From Candidatus Aminicenantales bacterium (GTDB lineage Bacteria > Acidobacteriota > Aminicenantia > Aminicenantales > UBA4085), in contig JBEKTZ010000011.1 of assembly GCA_049515535.1 (NCBI GenBank), positions 1-64,000 on the forward strand: DNA of 64,000 nucleotides, read 5' to 3'. Shown in pieces: positions 1 to 8,974 of this stretch (the first letter of the stretch is position 1; each line of letters begins with the position of its first letter). Under the pieces are notes generated by a model. That model was given only the letters and a program-made list of their open reading frames with translations. It ran no database searches and was not told the origin of the DNA. The translations under genes were made by a program, and so were the position numbers.

Positions 1-127
1 GAAAATCGATCATTTCGTCCAACATTCAAATGCCAGCGCCCAGGCTTTCGCCTGGACGGCCACGGCCGATTCCATCCTGGCCAAGATCAAGAGACTTTGC
101 CAATATATTTCCGAGACGGAACACTAG
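1..127 (+). mobile_element. 3' end of an IS630-family transposase gene / IS right end (runs off the window edge)
   Basis: Frame starting at nt 2 reads KIDHFVQHSNASAQAFAWTATADSILAKIKRLCQYISETEH*, matching the typical IS630 C-terminus (W-T-A-T-A-D-S-I-L-A-K). The stop codon lies in ...ACACTAG, consistent with a TA/CTAG target. Confidence 0.85.
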
Positions 128-565
128 TTCTGAAGACACAATTAGCATTTTATGGTTTTCGTTTATATCTTCAGGCAATTCTTGGTGAAATTTGTTTCTG
201 AAAACATCCTCGAGTGAACCTTGGGTTCCTAGATAGGAATTTGCGATATCCGTAATATCTTCATTCGATAAATCTTTAACCCACGTCGCATAATCCAGAA
301 TCTGCGCCGTTACATCCCTTGGAGTCCTATCTCTTTTGAGTTCGATGATGACGATATCTCCCCTCGAATCAAGGCACAGTAAATCAATTCCTCCCCCAAA
401 CCTCGTAATAACTTGACGGCCGATAACTAGCAAATCTGATGAAATTATAGAGATATCTCTCTCAATCCATTTTTCAAGGCGTTCTTCTAGATTTAGTTTT
501 GTTTTTTTAAGCTCAGATAGAGATTCGCCGCTCTTGATTTCCCAAATTCTAATATCTTCGGCCAT
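124..565 (-). pseudogene. NucS/DUF91-like PD-(D/E)xK endonuclease, interrupted by the IS630 element
   Basis: Motifs EERLEKWI, IGRQV, IDLLCLD...IIELK and AQILDY. The last ~33 aa of the listed ORF (26-565) are read-through into the antisense IS sequence. Confidence 0.75.
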
Positions 566-1072
566 GTCATGCCCCCATTTCAGATTAGTTTTATTCTATT
601 TACTATTCAGTAAGGATGTCAATTATATTGGCTCATTCCGATGTGTCAGAATCAGAAAAGGCATATAAGGGTTTTTAGGCCAAAAAAGGAGAGACATCAG
701 GAGCTGATATTTTGGAGCTAAAATGATATCTCTGACAATATATGAATAATATTGGCGGGAAGCAGGGCTAGCGGCTCCATGCCTCATCGTCCTAAGGGCC
801 ATTTTCTCCTAATATATTCAGCACTCTCTTTTGGGCCGAGTTTTTGTGTTTTATTTTGCACCCTTATATAAAAAATATCCGTACCCTTTTCTCTCACCCA
901 GACAGGTTCTTCACTCTGTTTCACGCGGATTCTGCAGTTCTTATCAGAAAATATGCGAGGCCTTCTAGCTTGCGCGTTATTCCATTTTTATGATATATAG
1001 GAGCAGATCAATGCCTCTATCGCAGGGCCAAGGCGTACTTATGGAATATCAAGACCGGGGGGAAGGTTCAGC

Positions 1073-1621
1073 ATGCAGAAAAGATTAGTCATTGGCTGTG
1101 CAATTTTCCTTTTAACGGGAACCGCGTTCGCCGCTTCAATCTCCATCCAAATGAAAGCTTCCTACTTTCTTCCCTCGGATGAATACTTCAAATCGATCTA
1201 TGGGAACGCCCCGACCTATGGCGCCAAAATCGGTTTCGACATTTGGAAGAGCATAGGCATTTGGCTGGACGCCGAATTCTATTCCAAGACAGGAAAAACA
1301 ACTTTGATGTCCGAGGAGACCAAGCTCCAACTCATCCCGATCACGGCAGGCGTTCGCTATATGTTTCTACCGGACAAGAATTTCTCGCCTTATCTTGGGG
1401 CCGGTATAGGCTACTTCCAATACAAAGAGACTAACCCGATCGGAAGCGTTTCCAAGGGCGACGTCGGGTTCATTATCCAGGGCGGGTTCGTCTTTAAGCT
1501 CAACCGAATGATCTTTGTTGATGTCCAGGGGAGCTACAGCAGCTGCAAGGCAAATCCATCCGGCGTCGAAGCAGAGCTAGGGGGAATCAAAGTCGGATTG
1601 GGCTTGGGAATTTCCTTATAA
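1073..1621 (+). CDS. Outer-membrane beta-barrel protein (OmpW/OMP_b-brl-like)
   Basis: Signal peptide (..GTAFA), amphipathic strands, SPYLGAGIGY motif and a C-terminal beta strand. Confidence 0.8.
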   Translation: MQKRLVIGCAIFLLTGTAFAASISIQMKASYFLPSDEYFKSIYGNAPTYGAKIGFDIWKSIGIWLDAEFYSKTGKTTLMSEETKLQLIPITAGVRYMFLPDKNFSPYLGAGIGYFQYKETNPIGSVSKGDVGFIIQGGFVFKLNRMIFVDVQGSYSSCKANPSGVEAELGGIKVGLGLGISL

Positions 1622-1856
1622 CGCGGGCCAACTTAACCAGCTGTTTTTATTGGAAATTCGAAGTAACATTCCGAATTCTTCTCTCATTTGGAATGTGTCG
1701 GCGAATTTTTACCCTATTTTCCCCAGATTTCTACTTCGGCCCGGCGGGCGGTCCGAAGCAGGCTCCGGTAGCGGAAATCGATTTTTCACAAAATCGCAGA
1801 CACATACGAATTCGCGAAAATTCTGTATATGTTTGCATTTATCACCGTGTCTGCAT

Positions 1857-4800
1857 TTAGCGCACGCTCATTTCGGTCAGTGCGCTCTCCCAGCCTAAAT
1901 TGTTGACTGCTGACACGGCATACCGATATTCCCGATTTATTTGCACATTCCTGATCAGAAATTCGAGTTTATCGGAATTCACTTGTCCAATTAGATTTTT
2001 CTTGTCGTTATCAATTTCATAGATCCGATAAGATGAAATTCCGCCGCTATCCGGGTTGGATTGCCAAGTCAGTCGGACGATGTACTCGATCATAAGGAGC
2101 GAACGGTTTATTAGTTTTTCGCCCTTGAAATTCAGCGGCTGGGCAAGATCTCCGGCGAAATTGGCGGTGATGGCCTTGTTCGCATCCAAGGTAATCGAAA
2201 GTGGATTTATATTCTCGCGCCCTGGCGGCACATTCCCGGTCCATTGGAAAAAGCTGTATTTGGCATCGGGGATGGCCCAAACAAGAGCTTCGATTCGACT
2301 ATCTTGGTTATCATATTCATAGTTATTGCGGGGAGCCGGATTCGTCGTGCCCCCTTGACTCGATGAGATGGAAAGAAGACTCGTGGCAAAAGGTGGCGGC
2401 GCTGTTTGAAAGTTCCAGATCGGGCTTTCCGCGATGCCTCCGTTCAAATCCTTAGCGACGACTTTCCAATAATAGGTACTTCGCGTTGCCGGCTTGTGCA
2501 TAAAGTCCTCATAAAAAGGTGAGGTTTGTCCTTTTGAAAATAAGGGCGGATTGGACGTCGTTCCCAAATAGAGATCATAGGAGACAATATCTCCAATATC
2601 GTCATCTCCTCCCGCCCAGTTGGGGAATAAAAAATTTAGAATCCCGACCATTGTCTGGCCATTTGAGGGAAATGGATTCCATGGCATTTGGGGAGGGGTA
2701 TTGATTTGGTTAAGGGTAGTGGCGCTCGCGGGACCAGCGGAATTGGATTCCCCATATTTGTTGTAAGCGCTTATCTGGAAGACATGCTGTCTATTTTTCT
2801 CCAGGCCGTCTACAGATATGGAAGTAAAATTCGCCGGAACATATCCCCAAATCTTGAAGGCAGTATCGATATTTTGTCTATACTTGACGATAAACCCTCG
2901 CTCATTGGAGGAGTTGTCTGTCCAGTTCAAATTGATACGGTTGTTAGAAACCGGAGTCGCTTGAAAATTCGATGGGGCCGCCGGCGTGCCAGCCGGGATA
3001 TTCGCCTTGAAGCCGACGACACGATCCCCCCATTTGAGTTCGCCGACCCATAAATATTCTCCATCGAAGCATAGGCCGCCAGGCAGAGTCAGCGTTGTAG
3101 CCGACTGCCCTGCTATCTTGCTCGTTAAATCCGGCTGGCCTAAAACGACGTCATAGGGCTGATCGCTCCGAATCGGGAAGCTCTCATAAAGACAAATCCG
3201 GTGGTTCCCTGCATCCGAGACGAATAGTCGATTATCCGAAATAAAGATTCCCCCTAATCCATTAAAACTCAACGGGGAACCCTTCAGGATGAAATCGGGC
3301 GGCTGGTTATTTGCCGTCGGAAGGTTGTTCCAAATATAGACTCCCGTGTCCACTGAGATGACGGCAAGTCTTTGGCCATCCGTGGCCATGTGCGCCGGCG
3401 CATTGAGCCCTTGAATAGTAATATCCGGGGTCGTGGATTGCTCTCCCTTCGGCAGAGAATTCCAAATCAGAATCCGATTGTGACCGGTATCAGATACGAA
3501 CAGCTTGTTGCCGACCATGGCGACTCCCTGGGCCCCACTCATCAATCCCGCAGGATTAATAACGATATCGGGAAGGACCTTATCCCTTTGAGGAATTTGA
3601 TTCCAGATCTGGACTCCGCCATCTTGATTGGCGATCGTGACGAGCCTGACTCCATCGCTCCAGATTTGATTTCCCGGCTCACGAAGCACGCTTGAGCCGA
3701 GGTAATTCGGTTTCCATACTCCAAAATCGATCGGCGAGATCAAATTGTCGGCATCCTCATTGTTTTGTTGGGGCAGATCCTGGTGGATAACGATGCGGTC
3801 GCTAAAGCTCTTAATCATCAACGTTTTTCCCGTGCTGAACACATCGGCAATTTGCCATATGCCTTTTTTTCCGAGAAAGACATCGACTCCGAAATCTTCC
3901 TCGCCAAGAACAAGATCCGCCGGCGCGGCAGGATTCTGGAGAAGTTGGTTGTAAACTAGAGTTCGGTTTTGATAGGAGTCAGCGATAAATAATCGTTGTC
4001 CATCATACCAGGCTCCCGAACCAGCAAATGGCTGTCGGGTAGAATCTCCACCCGCTAAGACGACATCCGGCCATTGATTGTTTCGCGTGGGAAGGGAATT
4101 ATAGATATAAAGCATCGCCCCCGCGACAATGAGGACGTTGTTTTTCAGGCACAATCCGCCGTGGTGGAGCGCCAGCCCGTTGGCGTTCATATGGTAAAAA
4201 TCGTCTTGAAAAAGCACGAGATCGGCGGGCTGTCCGTTTTGTGTCGGGAGCGTCTTCCAAATCAGGACTCGTTGGAAGTTGTAATCCGATATGGCTAGCC
4301 ATGTTCCGTTCGTGGCGATCGATCGCGGTGTAGCCATGTTCCAAGCATTGGGATTTTGCCAAGGCGCCGTATCTGTGAAATTCTGTCGGCCAAGGATTAA
4401 ATCTGCCTCCTGGTTATTTCTTGTCGGAAGCGAGTTCCAAACCAAGACCCTGCCGGTTTCCGTACAGACCACATACAGTCGCGTGCCGTCGTACAGAACA
4501 TCCCACGGCCAGTTGGTTGAAGCGGGACCCATTTGTTGGCCTCGGACCGTGTCGAAATCCGGTTGGCCGAGAACCAGGTCCGCGGGATGTCCATTCGTTG
4601 TCGGAATATGGTTCCAAATTAAAATCCGATTATTATACGTATCCGCAACAAATAATCTCTTTCCGTCAGAATATGCTTTATGAGGCCAGTTCATAAGGGA
4701 AGGTCCGGCCCCCGATTCGTTATGCGTAAAATCGGGCTGGCCGACAACGACATCGGGCGGCTGATTCATCATCGTCGGCATGGAGTTCCAGATGAGTATC

Positions 4801-5024
4801 CTATTATTGCGCGAGTCGGCGATAAAAAGCCGAATCCCATCGCTCATCACGCCATAGGGATGATTCTGGCCGGTTGCGATGGCATTGTTATGCGCATAGG
4901 GGTTTAAAAAAATCTCCGCGGGTTGCCCGGTTTGAAAGAGCTGGCTCCCTTGGAGAGCAAAAGCAAAAAAGAAGTATGATAAGCAAAAGATAAAGATCTT
5001 TTTTGATGTGCGAACGGAATTCAT
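1857..5024 (-). CDS. Secreted NHL-repeat beta-propeller protein with FN3 domains and a C-terminal FN3-like domain
   Basis: Signal peptide; repeated LFVADTYNNRILIWN...ADLVLGQPDF units; FN3 motif PAAPSNFQA...LNWTDNSSNERGF. Confidence 0.85.
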   Translation of the reverse strand: MNSVRTSKKIFIFCLSYFFFAFALQGSQLFQTGQPAEIFLNPYAHNNAIATGQNHPYGVMSDGIRLFIADSRNNRILIWNSMPTMMNQPPDVVVGQPDFTHNESGAGPSLMNWPHKAYSDGKRLFVADTYNNRILIWNHIPTTNGHPADLVLGQPDFDTVRGQQMGPASTNWPWDVLYDGTRLYVVCTETGRVLVWNSLPTRNNQEADLILGRQNFTDTAPWQNPNAWNMATPRSIATNGTWLAISDYNFQRVLIWKTLPTQNGQPADLVLFQDDFYHMNANGLALHHGGLCLKNNVLIVAGAMLYIYNSLPTRNNQWPDVVLAGGDSTRQPFAGSGAWYDGQRLFIADSYQNRTLVYNQLLQNPAAPADLVLGEEDFGVDVFLGKKGIWQIADVFSTGKTLMIKSFSDRIVIHQDLPQQNNEDADNLISPIDFGVWKPNYLGSSVLREPGNQIWSDGVRLVTIANQDGGVQIWNQIPQRDKVLPDIVINPAGLMSGAQGVAMVGNKLFVSDTGHNRILIWNSLPKGEQSTTPDITIQGLNAPAHMATDGQRLAVISVDTGVYIWNNLPTANNQPPDFILKGSPLSFNGLGGIFISDNRLFVSDAGNHRICLYESFPIRSDQPYDVVLGQPDLTSKIAGQSATTLTLPGGLCFDGEYLWVGELKWGDRVVGFKANIPAGTPAAPSNFQATPVSNNRINLNWTDNSSNERGFIVKYRQNIDTAFKIWGYVPANFTSISVDGLEKNRQHVFQISAYNKYGESNSAGPASATTLNQINTPPQMPWNPFPSNGQTMVGILNFLFPNWAGGDDDIGDIVSYDLYLGTTSNPPLFSKGQTSPFYEDFMHKPATRSTYYWKVVAKDLNGGIAESPIWNFQTAPPPFATSLLSISSSQGGTTNPAPRNNYEYDNQDSRIEALVWAIPDAKYSFFQWTGNVPPGRENINPLSITLDANKAITANFAGDLAQPLNFKGEKLINRSLLMIEYIVRLTWQSNPDSGGISSYRIYEIDNDKKNLIGQVNSDKLEFLIRNVQINREYRYAVSAVNNLGWESALTEMSVR

Positions 5025-5552
5025 TCCCTTTTCTCCTTAAGAAATCATCATTCTGAGTTCACCGATAAGAGAGAAATAATAAACCGTCAAAAACACCTGT
5101 CTCCCCTTGGCTCCTTTATCTAAGAATTCATTAGCACAACGAATCAGCTTTGTCAACGCATTGAACTCGTTCACTACGTTAGTGATGGTGGGGCTCGATG
5201 AGATTTCAGCCAACGCTGATAATATTCGCATGGGAGAGGAAAAGTACCCCCAATTTTCATTTCCAGATATGTGTCGAGACTAATTCCAAGAAAAAAAAAT
5301 AACTTAGCCCGATTTCATCTTAATTATTGGGGGAAGTCCTCTTTTCTTTCGGCCGCGTTCTGTGGCGCCGGACCGATGATAGGCCTTTCATTTCCTATTA
5401 TTTCTATATGAATTGACGTTTGCTTGTCCACTTTCGGTCCCCTTTTTTTGATCCAAAGGGCTATTTTCGGCTATATTTGGCTATGAATGAAAAAATGCGC
5501 CGACTCAACGGCTCGCATTCATAAGATATTGATTTTCTTGAGTTATAAGGAG

Positions 5553-5649
5553 TGGCGGGAGGATGTGGGAATCGAACCCACCCAGCCCCTTCGTCAGAAG
5601 CCGTGCTGGATTTGAAGTCCAGAGGGGCCACCAGACCCCATGCCCTCCC
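5553..5649 (-). tRNA. selC: tRNA-Sec (anticodon UCA), full-length copy
   Basis: Minus strand reads GGGAGGGCATGGGGTCTGGTGGCCCCTCTGGACTTCAAATCCAG...GTGGGTTCGATTCCCACATCCTCCCGCCA. It has a 6-bp D stem with a 4-nt loop, a TCA anticodon, a long variable region, a T arm and an encoded CCA, and lies near selABD. Confidence 0.93.
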
Positions 5650-5658
5650 GGGTCGGCT

Positions 5659-5667
5659 ATTGTATCA
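5659..5667 (-). promoter_or_regulatory. Extended -10 promoter (TG-A-TACAAT) for the full-length selC
   Basis: TGnTACAAT ends 9 nt upstream of the tRNA 5' end, the same spacing as the promoter in front of the second tRNA copy. Confidence 0.65.
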
Positions 5668-5854
5668 CAAGATCAGGGATCTTGACCTCCAAAAGGCAAT
5701 CATTTCAGCCTCGCCATCCTCTGCTATCCCGCGGTGTTATGTCAATTTGGCTGACAAAGCCAAACAAACAAAAAGTCACGACTCACGACATCCATAAATT
5801 GTGCAGTCCGTCAAAAATTCATTTGAACCAATTCATTGCTAATAGAGCTCAGCG

Positions 5855-5889
5855 ATTTTTCTACAGATTTATTCACAGAAACTGTGGAA
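5855..5889. repeat. Conserved cassette end motif ATTTTTC..AGA.T.ATTCACAGAAA.TGTGGAA (copy 1; copy 2 at 8852-8886)
   Basis: Manual alignment of 5855-5889 with 8852-8886; contains inverted TTCACA/TGTGGA half-sites. Confidence 0.75.
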
Positions 5890-5993
5890 AAGGAGCTCTT
5901 ATAATTGATTACCCCCTCCCCCTTTGTTCATTATTCATTCCCCCCGCCGCCGCCAAGCTTCTTTAGGATCCGGCGGTGCAACCGTCTGGCCGA

Positions 5994-8402
5994 TCAGGGT
6001 TCCAGGTTCATCTTCCGCAGCAGGGCCTTGTAGCGGGGATGGGTGCGCAGCGGATCGTAATTGGGATGAACATGGATGTGGAGCATCAGGGGCTCGTGCT
6101 CGTCGACTGCCTTCTCGAACCAGTCGAAGGCCTTGTCCATCTCTCCGAGACCTACATAAATGGCCGCGAAACTCCAGGATGGCACGTACTGCTTTTGAGC
6201 GCGCTCCTGCAGTTCCTCGAGGAGTTTCAGGGCTTCTCCTGTCCGGCCTGTTCGAGCATATGCCCAGCCAAGATTTCCCAAGGCAAATGAGCTGCGTCCC
6301 GTCACCTGTGCTAGCGTTTCTATAGCTCGAATCGCGTCGTCATGCTTCCCAATTTGGAAGTAGCAGGATCCGAGAAGAATGTAAGCCCAGCATTGCGGAT
6401 CAAGTTCGAGCGCATTGCGGCACTGCTTGATGGCTCGATTCCACTCCCGCTTGAGACAGTAATTGTAGCCGAGCTTCACCTGCAGAGAGGGTGACAGCGG
6501 ATCCATCTCCAATGCCCTTAGGTATGCCGCGACCGCTTCATCCAAGCGCTTCATGGGCCCAAGGTAATAGTGGTCGTACCATATCAAGACGTCTTCTGAC
6601 TTGGGATCGAGCTCCAATGCCCGGCTGAATTCACGCTCGGCCGCCTTCCAATCAAACTCACTGGCCCGGAGCACGCCCATCATCGCATGGGGCTCCGCCA
6701 GCTGGTCATCGAGTTGTAGCGCCTTCCGGGTAGCCTGGTCGGCTTGCGCATTGACTGCTTTCGGCGGCATTAGTCCGGACATTCCCAGGATATTGTAAAA
6801 CCCGGCCAGACCATGCCAAGCAAGAGCATAGTTTGGATCCAACGCAATGGCCTGCTCGTAATACTCTTTACTTTTCGCAAGACCTTCCGGAGTAAACCTT
6901 AAAAGCTGATAACGCGCCTTCAAGCACAGGTTGTAGGCTTCCACGTTTTCCGTGTGCCGCTTCACCAGCGGACGGTCAGCCGCCAGCCGTACGCGCAGCT
7001 TCTCCACAATGGCCTGCGAGATTTCGTCCTGAATGGCGAAGACGTCCGTCATCTCGCGGTCGAAGCGCTGGCTCCACAGGTGGTACCCGTCGCTCGCCTT
7101 GACCAGCTGCGCCGTCACCCGGATACGGCTGCCCAGCCGGCGCACGCTCCCTTCCAGGATATGCTCGACGTTGAGCCGCGCGCCGATTTCGCGCACGTCC
7201 TGCTCCTTGCCGCGGAAGGCAAAGGCCGAGGTCCGCGCCATCACCCGTAGCCCGGGCACCTGCGTCAGGGCGTCGATGATGTCCTCGGCCAGCCCGTCGC
7301 TGAAGTACTCGTTCTCCTGGTCCGCGCTCAGGTTCGCAAACGGCAGCACCGCCAGCGATGGGGCGCTCGGCGCCGCGGCCGCGCGTCCGGACTCGCGCTC
7401 TCGTTTCAGCCGCGTCAGGTCGACCAGCAGATCCTTAGCCGACTGGTAGCGTACGTCCCGCTCCTTCTCAAGCGCCTTCTCAATAATATGTTCGAGTTCA
7501 GCCGGCAGGTCGGGGTTCAGCCGGATCGGCAGCGCCGGCATTATATTCAGGATCCCGTTGAAGATGGCCGCCGACGTATCGCCGCGGAACGGCAAAATCC
7601 CTGTGCCCATCTCATAAAGAACGACGCCCCATGAGAACAGGTCGGTCCGTGCGTCCAAGTTCTTACCCAGCGCCTGTTCCGGCGACATATACGCCACCGT
7701 CCCCATGGTCGAGCCTGGACTTGTCAGCAGTTCCTCGATGGTCAACGTCGGTATCTCAGGAGCTAGCCTCCCCTCCGCTTTTGGCTGCGGCGCCTGGAGA
7801 AGCTTGGCAAGTCCAAAATCCAGGATCTTCGCCTGTCCCGAGCCCATCACAAAAATATTCCCCGGCTTGATGTCCCGGTGGATGATGCCTTTAGCATGGG
7901 CCGCTTCCAGCCCGCCGGCCACTTGTATCGCCAGATCCACAATCTGGTCCACGTCCAAACGCTTCCCCTGCATATATTCCCTGAGTGTCGTTCCTTCCAA
8001 AAACTCCAAGGCCATAAAGTGTTGGCCCTCGTGCTCATCGATATCGTAGATCGTGCAGATGTGGGGATGGTTCAGGGCTGAGGCGGCCCTGGCTTCCCGC
8101 TGGAAGCGCTCGACGGCCTGGCGGTCGTGGGCCAGGTTTTCGGTCAGGAACTTCAGGGCAACGGGGCGCTGGAGCTTGGTATCCTCGGCTTTGTAGACGA
8201 CACCCATCCCGCCTCTGCCGATCATTTCAAGGACCTTATACTTCCCGGCAATTATAGCGTCCCTGGGGATAATCTTCAGGGACTCTGGGATGGTTTTATC
8301 TTGGGAGGGAGTCGCCGCCTTGGCGCTCGTGAGCGGCGTCGCGCAATTGTTGCAGAATCGGGCCGTATCGAGGTTATCGGATTGACACGCCGGGCATTTC
8401 AT
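5994..8402 (-). CDS. Ser/Thr protein kinase with N-terminal zinc ribbon, TolB-N-like domain and TPR repeats
   Basis: CxxC...CxxC; GRGGMGVV, VALK, HRDIKPGN, DFG, YMSPEQ; SLAVLPFANLS; TPRs. Start placed at ATG 8402 after a GGGAG RBS. Confidence 0.92.
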   Translation of the reverse strand: MKCPACQSDNLDTARFCNNCATPLTSAKAATPSQDKTIPESLKIIPRDAIIAGKYKVLEMIGRGGMGVVYKAEDTKLQRPVALKFLTENLAHDRQAVERFQREARAASALNHPHICTIYDIDEHEGQHFMALEFLEGTTLREYMQGKRLDVDQIVDLAIQVAGGLEAAHAKGIIHRDIKPGNIFVMGSGQAKILDFGLAKLLQAPQPKAEGRLAPEIPTLTIEELLTSPGSTMGTVAYMSPEQALGKNLDARTDLFSWGVVLYEMGTGILPFRGDTSAAIFNGILNIMPALPIRLNPDLPAELEHIIEKALEKERDVRYQSAKDLLVDLTRLKRERESGRAAAAPSAPSLAVLPFANLSADQENEYFSDGLAEDIIDALTQVPGLRVMARTSAFAFRGKEQDVREIGARLNVEHILEGSVRRLGSRIRVTAQLVKASDGYHLWSQRFDREMTDVFAIQDEISQAIVEKLRVRLAADRPLVKRHTENVEAYNLCLKARYQLLRFTPEGLAKSKEYYEQAIALDPNYALAWHGLAGFYNILGMSGLMPPKAVNAQADQATRKALQLDDQLAEPHAMMGVLRASEFDWKAAEREFSRALELDPKSEDVLIWYDHYYLGPMKRLDEAVAAYLRALEMDPLSPSLQVKLGYNYCLKREWNRAIKQCRNALELDPQCWAYILLGSCYFQIGKHDDAIRAIETLAQVTGRSSFALGNLGWAYARTGRTGEALKLLEELQERAQKQYVPSWSFAAIYVGLGEMDKAFDWFEKAVDEHEPLMLHIHVHPNYDPLRTHPRYKALLRKMNLEP

Positions 8403-8543
8403 CGCTCTTTTCTCCCTTTCTGGGTAAAAGAATAACACCAGGAAAGGAAGCCGTCAAATGCGGTAGCAGACTTCTCCCTTGAGGCCTAATGCGTCATATA
8501 TGTGTCACCCTCTTGCACAACGACCCGTACGTTTAGCGACCGG

Positions 8544-8581
8544 AATGTCCCGGTGTGAATAATTTGTGAATATTCATGGGG
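8544..8581. repeat. Conserved cassette end motif with a tandem TGAATA repeat (copy 1; copy 2 at 11657-11694)
   Basis: aatgtcccggtgtgaataatttgtgaatattcatgggg vs aatgttccggtatgaataatttgtgaatattcatgggg (2 mismatches). Both start 149 nt from the anticodon-loop core. Confidence 0.85.
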
Positions 8582-8690
8582 AACTTTAAGGAACTTTGCG
8601 GAACTCGGAGAAACCAAAAAGAATCCAAAACTTATTGATAAATAAGGGAATTTGTTGTTTATAAAGAAAATAGCTCAATCCTAGTTTTCA

Positions 8691-8731
8691 GATTTGAAGT
8701 CCAGAGTGGCCACCAGACCCCATGCCCTCCC
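8691..8731 (-). repeat. 5' half of tRNA-Sec (att-like duplicate)
   Basis: Matches 5609-5649 with a single mismatch, in the D stem. Confidence 0.92.
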
Positions 8732-8740
8732 GGCGATCAA

Positions 8741-8769
8741 ATCCTATTTGATTCGAACCCAATTTTCAA
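8741..8769 (-). promoter_or_regulatory. Sigma70-type promoter TTGAAA-N17-TAGGAT in front of the tRNA 5'-half copy
   Basis: -35 at 8769-8764, 17-nt spacer, -10 at 8746-8741, 9 nt before the tRNA-like 5' end. Confidence 0.7.
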
Positions 8770-8851
8770 GATTAGACTCTAAAACGAGAAGAGTTTTTTC
8801 CGCAGACCGATTTTTTTAGAAGAGCATTGAAGCGCGCGTCGGAGCAATGCT

Positions 8852-8886
8852 ATTTTTCGAAAGACTAATTCACAGAAATTGTGGAA
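8852..8886. repeat. Conserved cassette end motif (copy 2 of 5855-5889)
   Basis: atttttcgaaagactaattcacagaaattgtggaa. Confidence 0.75.
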
Positions 8887-8974
8887 CACGCGATCGAGAA
8901 GACCTGTCCATCACCCGGCATTGGATGGCCTAACTCAGGTGCGCCGGCGAAATTCCCTCGTGTGATGTGGCTAA

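Larger units (their letters stand above)
5611..8692. mobile_element. Cassette A (3082 bp), an integrase-less element inserted at the selC anticodon loop
   Basis: Bounded by direct repeats of the tRNA-Sec 5' half starting at TTTGAAG (5611, 8693). Carries one kinase gene and end motifs shared with cassette B. Confidence 0.7.

Noticed and set aside
753..760. TGGCGGGA matching the tRNA-Sec 3' end, as a possible attR
   Set aside because: Only 8 bp, which could be chance in 64 kb.
1630..1840. Possible integron attC (ACTTAAC after the OMP stop, imperfect hairpin at ~1796-1836)
   Set aside because: No complementary GTTRRRY box at a suitable distance and no integron integrase.
632..5277. TCATT...ATGTGTC motif in three intergenic gaps (~632, ~1683, ~5257)
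   Set aside because: Short, with variable spacing; too weak to call a recombination site without statistics.
5855..8581. Replication origin suggested by DnaA-box-like 9-mers
   Set aside because: Too few boxes, located in duplicated cassette ends, with no dnaA or rep gene context; better explained as cassette end motifs.
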